Assembly (NCBI RefSeq): GCF_001194135.2 | Contig: NC_068988.1 | Location: 5,883,144 to 5,927,107 of the forward strand | DNA from: Octopus bimaculoides | Lineage: Eukaryota | Direction: 5' to 3' | DNA length: 43,964 nucleotides | In this document: piece by piece, positions 1 through 12,419 of the stretch | Layout of the letters: each line of letters opens with the position of its first letter | Numbering within the stretch: the stretch's first letter is position 1 | Notes under the pieces: generated by a model | Seen by the model: the letters and a program-made list of their open reading frames with translations, nothing else | Database searches by the model: none | Told to the model about the DNA's origin: nothing | Position numbers and translations under genes: made by a program

Positions 1-474
1 AACGACAATAATTACTGAAACTAATTGAACAATTAACACATCGAATTTTAAATATCATACACACACACACACACACACACACACATATTTATATATATAC
101 ATATGCACATGTAAACACACACACACACTCATACATACATATATATATACACATACACACACACATATACATATATACACATATACATACACACACACAC
201 TCATACATACATACATACATACATACATACACNNNNNNNNNNAACAACAAACAAGATGAGGACAAATTTCTGTCAAATGTAAATAATGTAAAACAATAAT
301 CACTATAAAAGCAAAATAAATTGTAATTAGAGACGACAACAATAGGACCACGTGGTCTCACGAATTGCTATCTAGAAATAGCAGCCAAGTCTCCCTCAGC
401 TCATACTCCGAGTGTCTTTAGAAAAAGGAAACAGTAAAAAAAAAAAGGAAAAAGACAGAATTCATAAAATAATC

Positions 475-535
<61 letters not shown>

Positions 536-979
536 TATATATACATACATATATACATATATGTGTGTGTGTGTGTGTTCGAAAATTAAACGGAATGGTC
601 GTGGCTGGAATGGCTTTAATTGTGGATCGGCTCATTCAGAGCTCGACAACAATAACAACAACAACAACAGTTACACAATAATGGTGGAATAGTACGAATG
701 GCAATAAAAGAAAGAAAAGAAGTGAATGTAATTGAAACGAAGAAATAAAGCCGCGCGGTAAGATCGGCTGCGACGACAGCAGCGGCAGCAGCAGCAGCTA
801 AAATCTACAACAACAACAACAGCAACAGGAGCAGCAACGACAATAATTACTGAAACTAATTGAACAATTAACACATCGAATTTTAAATATCATACACACA
901 CACACACACACACACACACATATTTATATATATACATATGCACATGTAAACACACACACACACTCATACATACATATAT
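1..979. repeat. Direct duplication: 1-144 repeated at 836-979 (offset 835)
   Basis: aacgacaataattactgaaactaattgaac... plus the following CA/TA microsatellite recurs identically; both copies run toward N gaps, so it may be an assembly artefact. Confidence 0.8.
243..300 (+). mobile_element. 3' relic of the PLE-associated hammerhead unit
   Basis: aacaacaaacaagatgaggacaaatttctgtcaaatgtaaataatgt matches 11921-11968 and 16504-16548; the ribozyme core would lie in the preceding gap. Confidence 0.7.
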
Positions 980-2289
980 NNNNNNNNNNNNNNNNNNNNN
1001 NNNNNNNNNNNNNNNNNNNNNNNNNNNNNNNNNNNNNNNNNNNNNNNNNNNNNNNNNNNNNNNNNNNNNNNNNNNNNNNNNNNNNNNNNNNNNNNNNNNN
1101 NNNNNNNNNNNNNNNNNNNNNNNNNNNNNNNNNNNNNNNNNNNNNNNNNNNNNNNNNNNNNNNNNNNNNNNNNNNNNNNNNNNNNNNNNNNNNNNNNNNN
1201 NNNNNNNNNNNNNNNNNNNNNNNNNNNNNNNNNNNNNNNNNNNNNNNNNNNNNNNNNNNNNNNNNNNNNNNNNNNNNNNNNNNNNNNNNNNNNNNNNNNN
1301 NNNNNNACACACACACACACATAATATATATATATATATTATGAAGCCGACAACGCTGTTGAGTTTATTGTTAAACAGAAGCTAGTTTTGTAAAGAGAAG
1401 CAGCCGACAAGTCTCTTAAATCACATTCTTCATTATTTTAGGAAAGAAAAGGCGGACTTTTGGGATGATAATGTAGTCGTAAAGAAAGTATACGAGGAAG
1501 AAAAAAAAAATGCCAATGGAAAGGTCACGGATGGGATGCATTTGAATCTAAGAGTTTTCGGTCAGAGTTTTGTGTCTTGCTTATGAAAACAATATCGGAT
1601 AAACTGAGCGAAGTTAACTGAAAAGAAAAAAGAAAATCGATTGAATTGTCACGGTTGGAATACTTTGAATACATAACTGTTTAATCAGAGAATATCTCTG
1701 GCGGATATACAAAGCAAGTGTAAAAAGAAAAAATCTAAAAGTGTGATGGAGATTAAAGAATGATGATAATATTTGCTAAATCTATGTAGATGGTGTGTGG
1801 AAAAGGCATGACTGACGAAATATCCCAGTTGTTTATTTGTCCGGTTTAATTCAATATTTCTGAAGATATATCTTACGATGTTTGTGGATGCATAAGTCTT
1901 TGCTATGTATAAGTTTTACAACCTAAGAAAGGTTTCATATGCCACGAAAATATAAGAGGTGCTAGGTGTAATATATATATATATTTTTTTTACAACTGTT
2001 CTTGTGTAACTTAAGAAGATGAAGAACGAGTAAAAGATTAATGTAAACTGTTTGTGAAAGAAAAAGTAAACGAAATTCACATTAGCAAGAAGGAACGAAA
2101 AAGAAACTAGGGAAGGAGATGAGAAGATAGAAAAAAGTAGAAGAGAAAAGGAAGGAAAAAAGGCATAAGAAGGAAGAAGGATAGAAAGAACGAAAAAAAA
2201 TATGAGGTTTCTGGAGGAATGTATCCGGGTTGATAGAACTCTCAGGTATGCAACGAGAGAAAGGTAAACAGATTTTTATTGTAAAGTTG

Positions 2290-2346
<57 letters not shown>

Positions 2347-3150
2347 NNNNNNNNNNNNNNNNNNNNNNNNNNNNNNNNNNNNNNNNNNNNNNNNNNNNNN
2401 NNNNNNNNNNNNNNNNNNNNNNNNNNNNNNNNNNNNNNNNNNNNNNNNNNNNNNNNNNNNNNNNNNNNNNNNNNNNNNNNNNNNNNNNNNNNNNNNNNNN
2501 NNNNNNNNNNNNNNNNNNNNNNNNNNNNNNNNNNNNNNNNNNNNNNNNNNNNNNNNNNNNNNNNNNNNNNNNNNNNNNNNNNNNNNNNNNNNNNNNNNNN
2601 NNNNNNNNNNNNNNNNNNNNNNNNNNNNNNNNNNNNNNNNNNNNNNNNNNNNNNNNNNNNNNNNNNNNNNNNNNNNNNNNNNNNNNNNNNNNNNNNNNNN
2701 NNNNNNNNNNNNNNNNNNNNNNNNNNNNNNNNNNNNNNNNNNNNNNNNNNNNNNNNNNNNNNNNNNNNNNNNNNNNNNNNNNNNNNNNNNNNNNNNNNNN
2801 NNNNNNNNNNNNNNNNNNNNNNNNNNNNNNNNNNNNNNNNNNNNNNNNNNNNNNNNNNNNNNNNNNNNNNNNNNNNNNNNNNNNNNNNNNNNNNNNNNNN
2901 NNNNNNNNNNNNNNNNNNNNNNNNNNNNNNNNNNNNNNNNNNNNNNNNNNNNNNNNNNNNNNNNNNNNNNNNNNNNNNNNNNNNNNNNNNNNNNNNNNNN
3001 NNNNNNNNNNNNNNNNNNNNNNNNNNNNNNNNNNNNNNNNNNNNNNNNNNNNNNNNNNNNNNNNNNNNNNNNNNNNNNNNNNNNNNNNNNNNNNNNNNNN
3101 NNNNNNNNNNNNNNNNNNNNNNNNNNNNNNNNNNNNNNNNNNNNNNNNNN

Positions 3151-3443
3151 TGAGTGTTTATTGAGTGAAAACACTTAAAGCTCCACGGGGCTACGGAAGG
3201 GGGTGGGTGGAGAACCCTGCTTTACTCTTTCACCACAAATTTCTCTCATTCTTGATTCTGTTGTTAATGTATTTCAAAGGGTCAGCCTTGTCACACTGTG
3301 TCACGCTGAATATCCCCGAGAACTACGTTAAGGGTACACGTGTCTGTGGAGTGCTCAGCCGCTTGCACGTTAATTTCACGAGCAGGCTGTTCCGTTGATC
3401 GGATCAACTGGGACCCTAGTCGTCGTAACCGACGGAGTGCCAC
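3151..3443 (+). mobile_element. tRNA-derived SINE, family S1 (head lost in gap)
   Basis: Start matches 5088-5112; 3' tail ttaatttcacgagcaggctgttccgttgatcggatcaactgg...gtcgtaaccgacggagtgcca is shared with 5116-5187, 6420-6493 and 17489-17714. Confidence 0.85.
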
Positions 3444-3489
3444 GACGACGAATTATAGAAATAGGTGGAACATATTGCTTAAGGGAGTC

Positions 3490-4135
<646 letters not shown>

Positions 4136-4140
4136 ATCAG

Positions 4141-4405
4141 TACTAGTAACCGGGGGTGGTGTTGTTTGTTGTATGCATTGAGTGGTGGGGTGACAATGTG
4201 ACCTAATCGTTAACTGCCTTGAAAATTCTCACCTGTGCAAAATTTCAGTTAACTAGATACAAAAGTGTGATGTACAGCATGTATCCATCCATCCATCCAT
4301 ACATACATACATACATACACGTTCATACGTACATAGAAACATACCTGGTAACATAGAAACATCCCTGGTACGTACATATCAATTGCTGGTAGGGACAAAG
4401 TATTT
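4141..4405 (+). mobile_element. Possible non-autonomous Helitron-like relic
   Basis: Begins tactag; contains tgtgcaaaatttcagtt...(ATCC)n(ACAT)n, resembling microsatellite-bearing Lep1-type helitrons; recall-based only. Confidence 0.3.
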
Positions 4406-4409
4406 TAGC

Positions 4410-4628
4410 GGAGGCGCGTGACTTAGTCGTTAGCGTGTTGGACTCTGATTGTTAAGTTGTGGTTTCGATTCCTGTACCGGGTGATGCGTTGTGGTCTTTG
4501 AACGAAATACTTCATTTCACGTTGTTCCAGTCCGCTCAGCTGGCAAAAGTGAGTAATTCTGCGATGGATCGGCGTCCCATCCAGGTGGAGCATATATACG
4601 CCATAGAAACCGGGAAACTGGCCATATC
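4410..4628 (+). mobile_element. tRNA-derived SINE with V-domain-like centre
   Basis: A box (gacttagtcgttag) and B box (ggtttcgattcc), then atttcacgttgttccagtccgctcagctggcaaaa and gcgatggatcggcgtcccatccagg; homologous to 6092-6252 (-) and 19724-19860. Confidence 0.8.
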
Positions 4629-5005
4629 GTAAAGATAACTTTTTTTTCTGTTTTTGAGCGTATTTCGTTTTGCAGCCATAGTGTAGTACCGAGTGTACTA
4701 AACATAGATAAGTCAGTTGTACTCTGACCTGCTTTGTATTGATTTATAAATCTTTAGTATACTTGAAAGTATATTTTAGTTGCAATAGAAAATACAGAGT
4801 CCCTGGCAGCAGTTAATATGTGCGTACCAGTTTCCGGGGAACGTGTTCGATATGTAAAATTGGTCGACCCACATGTGTTACACCGTTAAATTTAGTGAGT
4901 ACTTAAGCAATGTGTTTGTGGACGGATAATGGATTGGATGTAGCACTGAAGAAGGAACAAGAACTTCTGAAATATGCATATACACACATTACCTATTTTT
5001 CTATC

Positions 5006-5193
5006 GTGGAGGCGCAATGGCCCAGTGGTTAGGGCAGCGGACTCGCGGTCGTGGGATCGCAGTTTCGATGCCCAGACCGGGCGTTGTGAGTGTTTATTGA
5101 GCGAAAATACCTAAATTAATTTCACGAGCAGGCTGTTCTGTTGATCGGATCAACTGGAAACCTCGTCGTCGTAACCGACGAAGCGCCGTGATG
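5006..5193 (+). mobile_element. SINE S1 with intact tRNA head, ~190-bp internal deletion and 11-bp TSD
   Basis: Head ggcgcaatggcccagtggttagggcagcggactcgcggtcgtgggatcgcagtttcgatgccc; atttttctatc flanks at 4995-5005 and 5194-5204. Confidence 0.85.
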
Positions 5194-5303
5194 ATTTTTC
5201 TATCTTCAATCGCATAGTTATATAGACGTGTTCCTATACGAAACATCGTAACTTTCAGTGGTGACTCTATAGAAAATCTGTAAAGATACACTTAAATTAT
5301 ATA

Positions 5304-5537
5304 CAAGTCTGGCCAAAAGTCACCTGACAGTAAATCAAAACTGTTTAATTCCATGATTTATTTATGTTTAACAATTGAATGAATTTGATAAAAGCATCTA
5401 AATATGAAACAACATGGAAATTGTTCAAACTGATGTCCTTCTTTAGCGACACATTTTTTCCATTCGAGTCAATACAGAATTACAGAAAGTATTTATGGAA
5501 TTTTGATTTACTGTCGGGTGACTTTTGACTAACCCTG
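5304..5537. mobile_element. Tc1/mariner-type MITE, 234 bp
   Basis: 37-bp imperfect terminal inverted repeats (caagtctggccaaaagtcacctgacagtaaatcaaaa / ttttgatttactgtcgggtgacttttgactaaccctg) flanked by TA on both sides. Confidence 0.85.
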
Positions 5538-5879
5538 TATATACATACATGGATCTTCGTCAGTTTCGACGAGGAGGACTAAGTTGTTCAATCGATAGAA
5601 TAATCAGCTCATTGAATTAACCGGTAAATGACTGAGCATTCGTGTCGTCTGAAGGCATGAACGAAAAGATCCCATCGGTTTAGGAGCTCAATGGTATCCT
5701 ATTTATGTAATTACTTTGTTTTTAGGGAACATTCGTGTATTTGCTGTGTATAAAGGCCCGCAATTCTGTCAAAACGATCCTATTAAAACGATCTCTTGAG
5801 GGGATTCTTAGGTGAGACTAGCGTGACATTCACTGACCAAGCTGTACTTTCTGAATTGCTGTAACAATCCACCAATTTC

Positions 5880-6023
5880 TATATAGTTTCCATCAATCCA
5901 ATTTTCCTCGGAGGGCATGGGTTAGCTCGAAGATACATTTAATAGCATTTGCAACAAATGCCTCGCTATCAGGGATCGAACCTGGGACTTCGTGATTCCT
6001 CAACGAACTTCTTAACCATTTGA

Positions 6024-6026
<3 letters not shown>
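5880..6026 (-). mobile_element. Degenerate tRNA-derived SINE (S3-like)
   Basis: Reverse-strand B box (gggatcgaacctggg) and A box (cttaaccatttgaccac); weak similarity to 20345-20512. Confidence 0.5.
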
Positions 6027-6063
<37 letters not shown>

Positions 6064-6091
6064 GTATATATGTATATATATATATATACCA

Positions 6092-6252
6092 TATCAGGAC
6101 AGGACTTTGCCCCATGGCAGGATTACTCATTCTTGACAGGAGCAACGTGAAATAAAGTGTTTTGCTTAAGAACACAACGCGTCGCCCTGTCCTGGAATCG
6201 AAACCACAATCTTACGATCATGAGCCCAACACGCTAACCACTAAGCCATGCG
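6092..6252 (-). mobile_element. tRNA-derived SINE, same head and centre as 4410-4628
   Basis: Reverse complement of catggcttagtggttagcgtgttgggctcatgatcgtaagattgtggtttcgattccagg...ttatttcacgttgctcc. Confidence 0.8.
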
Positions 6253-6384
6253 TGTCTACAAATATACATTCAAATGTTCTTATTTGCAGAAAATGGTTGC
6301 AAATGTTGTATAAAGCTTCCTAACATTGTTTTGTTGCATTCTGTGTTAGGCTGGGTCTCTCCTCCGAGAAACCCTTTGAAGTGT

Positions 6385-6494
6385 TCTCGTGTCTGCTTGA
6401 AGTGCTTAGCCGCTTGCACGTTAATTTCACGAACAAGCTGTTCCGTTGATCGGATCAGCTGGAACACTCATCGTCGTAACCGACGGAGTGCCAC
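6385..6494 (+). mobile_element. SINE S1 3' tail fragment
   Basis: Matches 3340-3443. Confidence 0.8.
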
Positions 6495-7002
6495 GATTAG
6501 AAATCTTCCGAGCAAGAGGGAACTAGTTTCTAAAAATGAAACGAGAGCTGGAATCCAGTTAGCAACGGCGATAATTGACACTAATTGAACTTTAAGAAAA
6601 TCTAACTTATTTTTACCGTTCCATTTAGATATTGTATCTGTAAAGTGCCTTTTAGTGAGTCTCTTTGCAGAAAAAATTCTAAACTTTTCCAGTTTATCAA
6701 TCAGTACACATGCCTGTATGTATGTATGCATGCATGTGTGTGAATGCGTATGTCTTACCTACATAAGTATGTTATGCGTGCACGTATCTACCAACTGTTT
6801 AAGCAAGACCAAACGCAGTGAAAACTCTAACACAAACATACGTCAAATAAAATTACGAGCAATGAAGTGAGCAAATTTATGTTTCCAAAAGGATGTTATG
6901 GACATTGACAGTCAGGGACGGATTAGAGCAAACTCACATTCGCTACATGTCTTTTAAAACGTAATATATGGGCGCGTGATTTTACATCAGCTTCAGTGCA
7001 TA

Positions 7003-7222
7003 TACTCTTTTACTCTTTTACTTGTTTCAGCCATTTGACTGCGGCCATGCTGGAGCACCGCTTTTAGTCGAGCAAATCGACCCACAGGAATTATTCTTTG
7101 TAAGTCCAGTACTTATTCTATCGGTCTCTTTTTTCCGAACCGCTAAGTTACGGGGACATAAAGATGCCAACATCGGTTGTTAAGCGATGGTGCTGGTGGG
7201 GGGACAAAAACAGACACACAAA
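7003..7222 (-). mobile_element. SINE 3' module S5
   Basis: tactcttttacttgtttcagccatttgactgcggccatgctggagcaccgc...gaaccgctaagttacgggga; near-identical to 21721-21930, 18322-18545, 28850-28943, 32575-32699 and 41417-41657. Confidence 0.85.
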
Positions 7223-7567
7223 TATATATATGTATATATATATATNNNNNNNNNNNNNNNNNNNNNNNNNNNNNNNNNNNNNNNNNNNNNNNNNNNNNNN
7301 NNNNNNNNNNNNNNNNNNNNNNNNNNNNNNNNNNNNNNNNNNNNNNNNNNNNNNNNNNNNNNNNNNNNNNNNNNNNNNNNNNNNNNNNNNNNNNNNNNNN
7401 NNNNNNNNNNNNNNNNNNNNNNNNNNNNNNNNNNNNNNNNNNNNNNNNNNNNNNNNNNNNNNNNNNNNNNNNNNNNNNNNNNNNNNNNNNNNNNNNNNNN
7501 NNNNNNNNNNNNNNNNNNNNNNNNNNNNNNATATATATATACATATATATATGTATATATATATATA

Positions 7568-7661
<94 letters not shown>

Positions 7662-8791
7662 GATTAATGGATAGATAGATAGATTCATATGTGTATATAC
7701 ATACATATCTATATATACATGCATATACATATACATATACACACTCACACATGCATACATACATACATATATATATATACACGCTAATATCGGACATTGA
7801 GAACGAGTGATGAACATCGCATTGGTAGATAAATATTCTTAATTTGTGTTAACAAGGCTACCGCTTGTTTCATGCTGCGAGAAATCTCTCAACAATCATC
7901 AAGCCTGCCACTTGGAACGTTGTTACTCATCTTCATCTTGGATGAGAATACACGGGAATACACGACGCAGCACCAGATTGTAAGGGATTTGGGGGATAAA
8001 TAATAAATAGATCATGGAAAGTAACGTATAAGAAAATCTTATGGAGTCATAAAATCATGTGGCTATCACAGAAGACTCCTCTAGTGGACTCGGCTAATAG
8101 ACTAGATAGTAATACAACGCAGAGGAGTATAATGCAGTGTTCCATACAGCAAAAAATCCAAGAGATCCGATCGTTGAAATTATTTTACGAACAGTATATA
8201 AACCATAAAAAGGCAGTAGTTATGGGAGGTGAATATATTTAACCACAGGTCATCCTTAGGATTATGACCGTTTTGTAGCCTCTTTCGTGTAATAATAATT
8301 TCACTCCATAATAAATCATATTCACATGTCTGCATTAATATACATGGTACGCATTATACAGCATGATGTTCTGGCGATCTAATGAGCTACCCTTCTTTAT
8401 CTGCATTGATTTGTGAATACGCAACTCTCTGGTATAACGCATGCATATTAACGCAGACATGTAAAAGTAATTTATTACACACTGGAATCTGTATTATATG
8501 AAGAACACTGCAAAACGGAACAATAATAAGGTTTATAAGTGATTAAATAAATATATGACCAACAGAGATGGAAACACAGACTTCTTCATGATGACACATA
8601 CAGACACTTATACACAGACGCATTATGTGTGTGCGTGGGCATGTGAAAGTGTGTATAAGTATATGTCTGTTTGTGTGTGTGAGTTTGTGTCGGTATGTCT
8701 GTGTTTGTGTAGGATGTATATGTATGTGCATACATACATATGCACATATTATATATATATACAAGCATATGTATATACACATATTCTCTTC

Positions 8792-8822
<31 letters not shown>

Positions 8823-9011
8823 CGTGTTTATACACATATGAATATGCATACGCATATATAAATATATATATAATTTAGTCCTAACGTGCCGAAACTGAGC
8901 TGNNNNNNNNNNNNNNNNNNNNNNNNNNNNNNNNNNNNNNNNNNNNNNNNNNNNNNNNNNNNNNNNNNNNNNNNNNNNNNAAGAAGAAGAAGAAGAAGAA
9001 GAAGAAGAAGA

Positions 9012-9048
<37 letters not shown>

Positions 9049-10684
9049 AGTATCTGAAATTTATTTAAAATCTCTCTGATATTATTATAGTAGTTGACGT
9101 ACCCGATAATTCCCGGGAAAGCGGGGCTTATCCCTTGGTTCTTGGTTCCGTTCTCATAATTGTTTCACTCATCCAATAACAATAATACAATGTATGCAGC
9201 CCTTAAAACGGTTTTGTGCAGTTACTAAGAATACTGAACTGTCTTACACAGGATCTTGATTTTAGGAATTCCCAATAAGTTATGAACACCCAAATTGTGA
9301 AGTCAGTTATGTAATATCATGAAATTAGTTACCCGATTGTAAGAATTCAAATAGGACTTTAATGCGTTCCCAAAGTATATAGAACATAGGAGGAAATACT
9401 AATAAGGTATATACTAAAATCGTGAAGCCTGTTACGTAATAACAGGCTAATCAGATATGAGATAACAATTCAAAGTAAATAACTCTGGAAAGGGCTTTGG
9501 GCGTTCCCAGAGAATATCACCCTAAGGGTCGCTAGTTTTGGCATATTCTTGAATAAGTCACTAACCGAAATAAGTGGATCTATTGTTTACGAAAATACTA
9601 TTTAATTGTTTAAGGGTTGTACTGGTTAAATTGCGAAAATAACTCGAACAGTTCAAATACTAAGAAATAAGAATACTCAATTTGATGTATACCAAATAAT
9701 TTAGGAAAATGAATGGGTTATTTTCCTTGGATATATAAAAGTATCCCTTCCAGGGGTTAATGGGTTATTTCACTTGGTTTTTAAAATAAAANNNNNNNNN
9801 NNNNNNNNNNNNNNNNNNNNNNNNNNNNNNNNNNNNNNNNNNNNNNNNNNNNNNNNNNNNNNNNNNNNNNNNNNNNNNNNNNNNNNNNNNNNNNNNNNNN
9901 NNNNNNNNNNNNNNNNNNNNNNNNNNNNNNNNNNNNNNNNNNNNNNNNNNNNNNNNNNNNNNNNNNNNNNNNNNNNNNNNNNNNNNNNNNNNNNNNNNNN
10001 NNNNNNNNNNNNNNNNNNNNNNNNNNNNNNNNNNNNNNNNNNNNNNNNNNNNNNNNNNNNNNNNNNNNNNNNNNNNNNNNNNNNNNNNNNNNNNNNNNNN
10101 NNNNNNNNNNNNNNNNNNNNNNNNNNNNNNNNNNNNNNNNNNNNNNNNNNNNNNNNNNNNNNNNNNNNNNNNNNNNNNNNNNNNNNNNNNNNNNNNNNNN
10201 NNNNNNNNNNNNNNNNNNNNNNNNNNNNNNNNNNNNNNNNNNNNNNNNNNNNNNNNNNNNNNNNNNNNNNNNNNNNNNNNNNNNNNNNNNNNNNNNNNNN
10301 NNNNNNNNNNNNNNNNNNNNNNNNNNNNNNNNNNNNNNNNNNNNNNNNNNNNNNNNNNNNNNNNNNNNNNNNNNNNNNNNNNNNNNNNNNNNNNNNNNNN
10401 NNNNNNNNNNNNNNNNNNNNNNNNNNNNNNNNNNNNNNNNNGATCCACAAGTTCCAGTCATCATCTGAACCTTTCACACAACCCAGCTTTGGGTTTAATC
10501 GATGTTATCGATATATTAAATACCAGTAATATATAAAGGTTTGACGTTGTAGTATTCTCCACTCCTCTCTGTGTTACCTACAAATCTTGGAACAATGCCA
10601 ACATGAAAAACAAATCAATATTATAATTAGACGCACTTCGAAACCTCTTCCAAAATTCTGCCAGCACGTCTACACCCAGTGCAA

Positions 10685-10725
<41 letters not shown>

Positions 10726-11540
10726 GAGTGAGTGGGGGTAGATACACATACACCTCGTCTATGAACACTAATCTGTACCCATCACACATAAAGTACACAC
10801 ATCTCTATGGATACTTACACCCACGCTCGCACACGCACATACTCCCGTACACACACATGCACACACGCACAAAAGTACATTTGAAGACAGAGAAAGTCAT
10901 ACAAACATACATAGTCTATACACAAGACGTTGTACATTCACATTTATAGTAAATATATGCGCATGCGTATACACATGCACAGTTACAAGCAGAGATATGT
11001 ACATCTACATACAGAAATATGCACCCTTCATATAAATTGCATTCGCGTGTACATGACCACACGCGCGCACACACAGTCACACATGCACACACACTCACAC
11101 ACACACACTCGCACACGCACGTAGACACACACACACAGACACACACCCACGTAGAAGCACACGCGAGCAATACGCACACACACAAGCACACGCACACACA
11201 CGCACACGCACACATGCACACGCGCACACNNNNNNNNNNNNNNNNNNNNNNNNNNNNNNNNNNNNNNNNNNNNNNNNNNNNNNNNNNNNNNNNNNNNNNN
11301 NNNNNNNNNNNNNNNNNNNNNNNNNNNNNNNNNNNNNNNNNNNNNNNNNNNNNNNNNNNNNNNNNNNNNNNNNNNNNNCACACACACATGGCATATACGC
11401 GCTCATAAAAGCAAATACATATACACACATACACGCACGCACACACATGCCGACGCACGTACACGCAGACGCACACACACACACGGACTGGCACACACAC
11501 TTGTATCGTGTATCTAATTTACTGGCAACACTTCGTTAAT

Positions 11541-11802
11541 ACAGTTCCACATTTAAGAGATGAGGAATAATGTACATTATTTATATTATTTACATTTGAC
11601 GGATATTTGACTACACTCTCTGAGTGGTTGGCGTTAGGAAGGGCATCCAGCTGTAGAAACTCTGCCAAATTTAGATTGGAGCCTGGTGTTGCCATCCGGT
11701 TTCACCAGTTCTCAGTCAAGTCGTCCAACNNNNNNNNNNCGGTTTCACCAGTTCTCAGTCAAGTCGTCCAACCCATGCTAGCATGGAAAGCGGACGTTAA
11801 AC

Positions 11803-11859
<57 letters not shown>

Positions 11860-11968
11860 CTTGTTTGTTGTTAACGCAGCGTTAACTTCAGCAGGTGTAT
11901 ATCAGCCGAAACGTTGTGTTAACAACAAACAAGATGAGGACAAATATCTGTCAAATGTAAATAATGTT
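11541..11968. mobile_element. Head-to-head fold-back of the PLE hammerhead unit, left arm interrupted by a later insertion
   Basis: Left arm 11541-11609 plus 11858-11883 is the reverse complement of the unit; right arm is 11901-11968 (atcagccgaaacgttgtgttaacaacaaacaagatgagg...). Confidence 0.75.
11610..11857 (+). mobile_element. Retroposon 3' end (RTE-like or SINE tail) with (GAT)n tail
   Basis: ggcgttaggaagggcatccagctgtagaaac...ccatgctagcatggaaagcggacgttaaac followed by (gat)n. Confidence 0.65.
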
Positions 11969-12102
11969 AACACTTCGGTAGTTTTAAGGTTCGAATTATT
12001 TAACAATCATATTCGCTTTGGTGTATTCTCTCTCCCATCATATTTCTTATTCTCTTCAATATTTCTGTATGCATCAATCTATAAATGCGTATACATATGT
12101 GA

Positions 12103-12419
12103 AGGTTCTTGGCTTAGTGTTTAGGTTACTCGGCTCACGATCGGAAGATCTTGTGTTCGATTCCTAGCGACGCTTTTGATCCTTGGACAAGACGCTTTTT
12201 TCCCCGTTACTCCAGTTCACATAGCAAAAATGCGTTATACTTGTAATTCGAAAGGGCCAGCCTTGTCATATTCTGTGTCACGCTGGATCTTTCCATCAAC
12301 TACGTTACAGGTACACTTGTCTGTGAAATACTCAGCCATTTGCACATTAATTTCACGAGTTAGCTGTTCCTTTGATCGGAACAACTGGAACACACCACGT
12401 CGTAACCGACGGAGTACCA
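12103..12419 (+). mobile_element. tRNA-derived SINE with V-like centre and S1-type tail
   Basis: A box (ggcttagtgtttagg), B box (gtgttcgattcc), tail aaagggccagccttgtc...gtcgtaaccgacggagtacc. Confidence 0.75.

Noticed and set aside
1-979. 835-bp-offset duplication as a biological tandem repeat
   Set aside because: The copies are identical and both abut gaps; redundant contig ends are the simpler explanation
5008-5085. tRNA gene
   Set aside because: A and B boxes continue into SINE body and tail with a TSD; no acceptor stem; the same applies to all other tRNA-like heads
5553-5580. CTGACGAAG and GAAAC words on the minus strand as a hammerhead
   Set aside because: Adjacent and in the wrong order, with no helices; lies in a degenerate SINE tail
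9072-9790. Helitron-like 5' start (tagtagttgacgtacccgataattcccggg)
   Set aside because: Only a short resemblance; the 3' end is in a gap, so it is unsupported
11699-11770. Direct repeat cggtttcaccagttctcagtcaagtcgtccaac
   Set aside because: It flanks a 10-N placeholder gap: unmerged contig overlap
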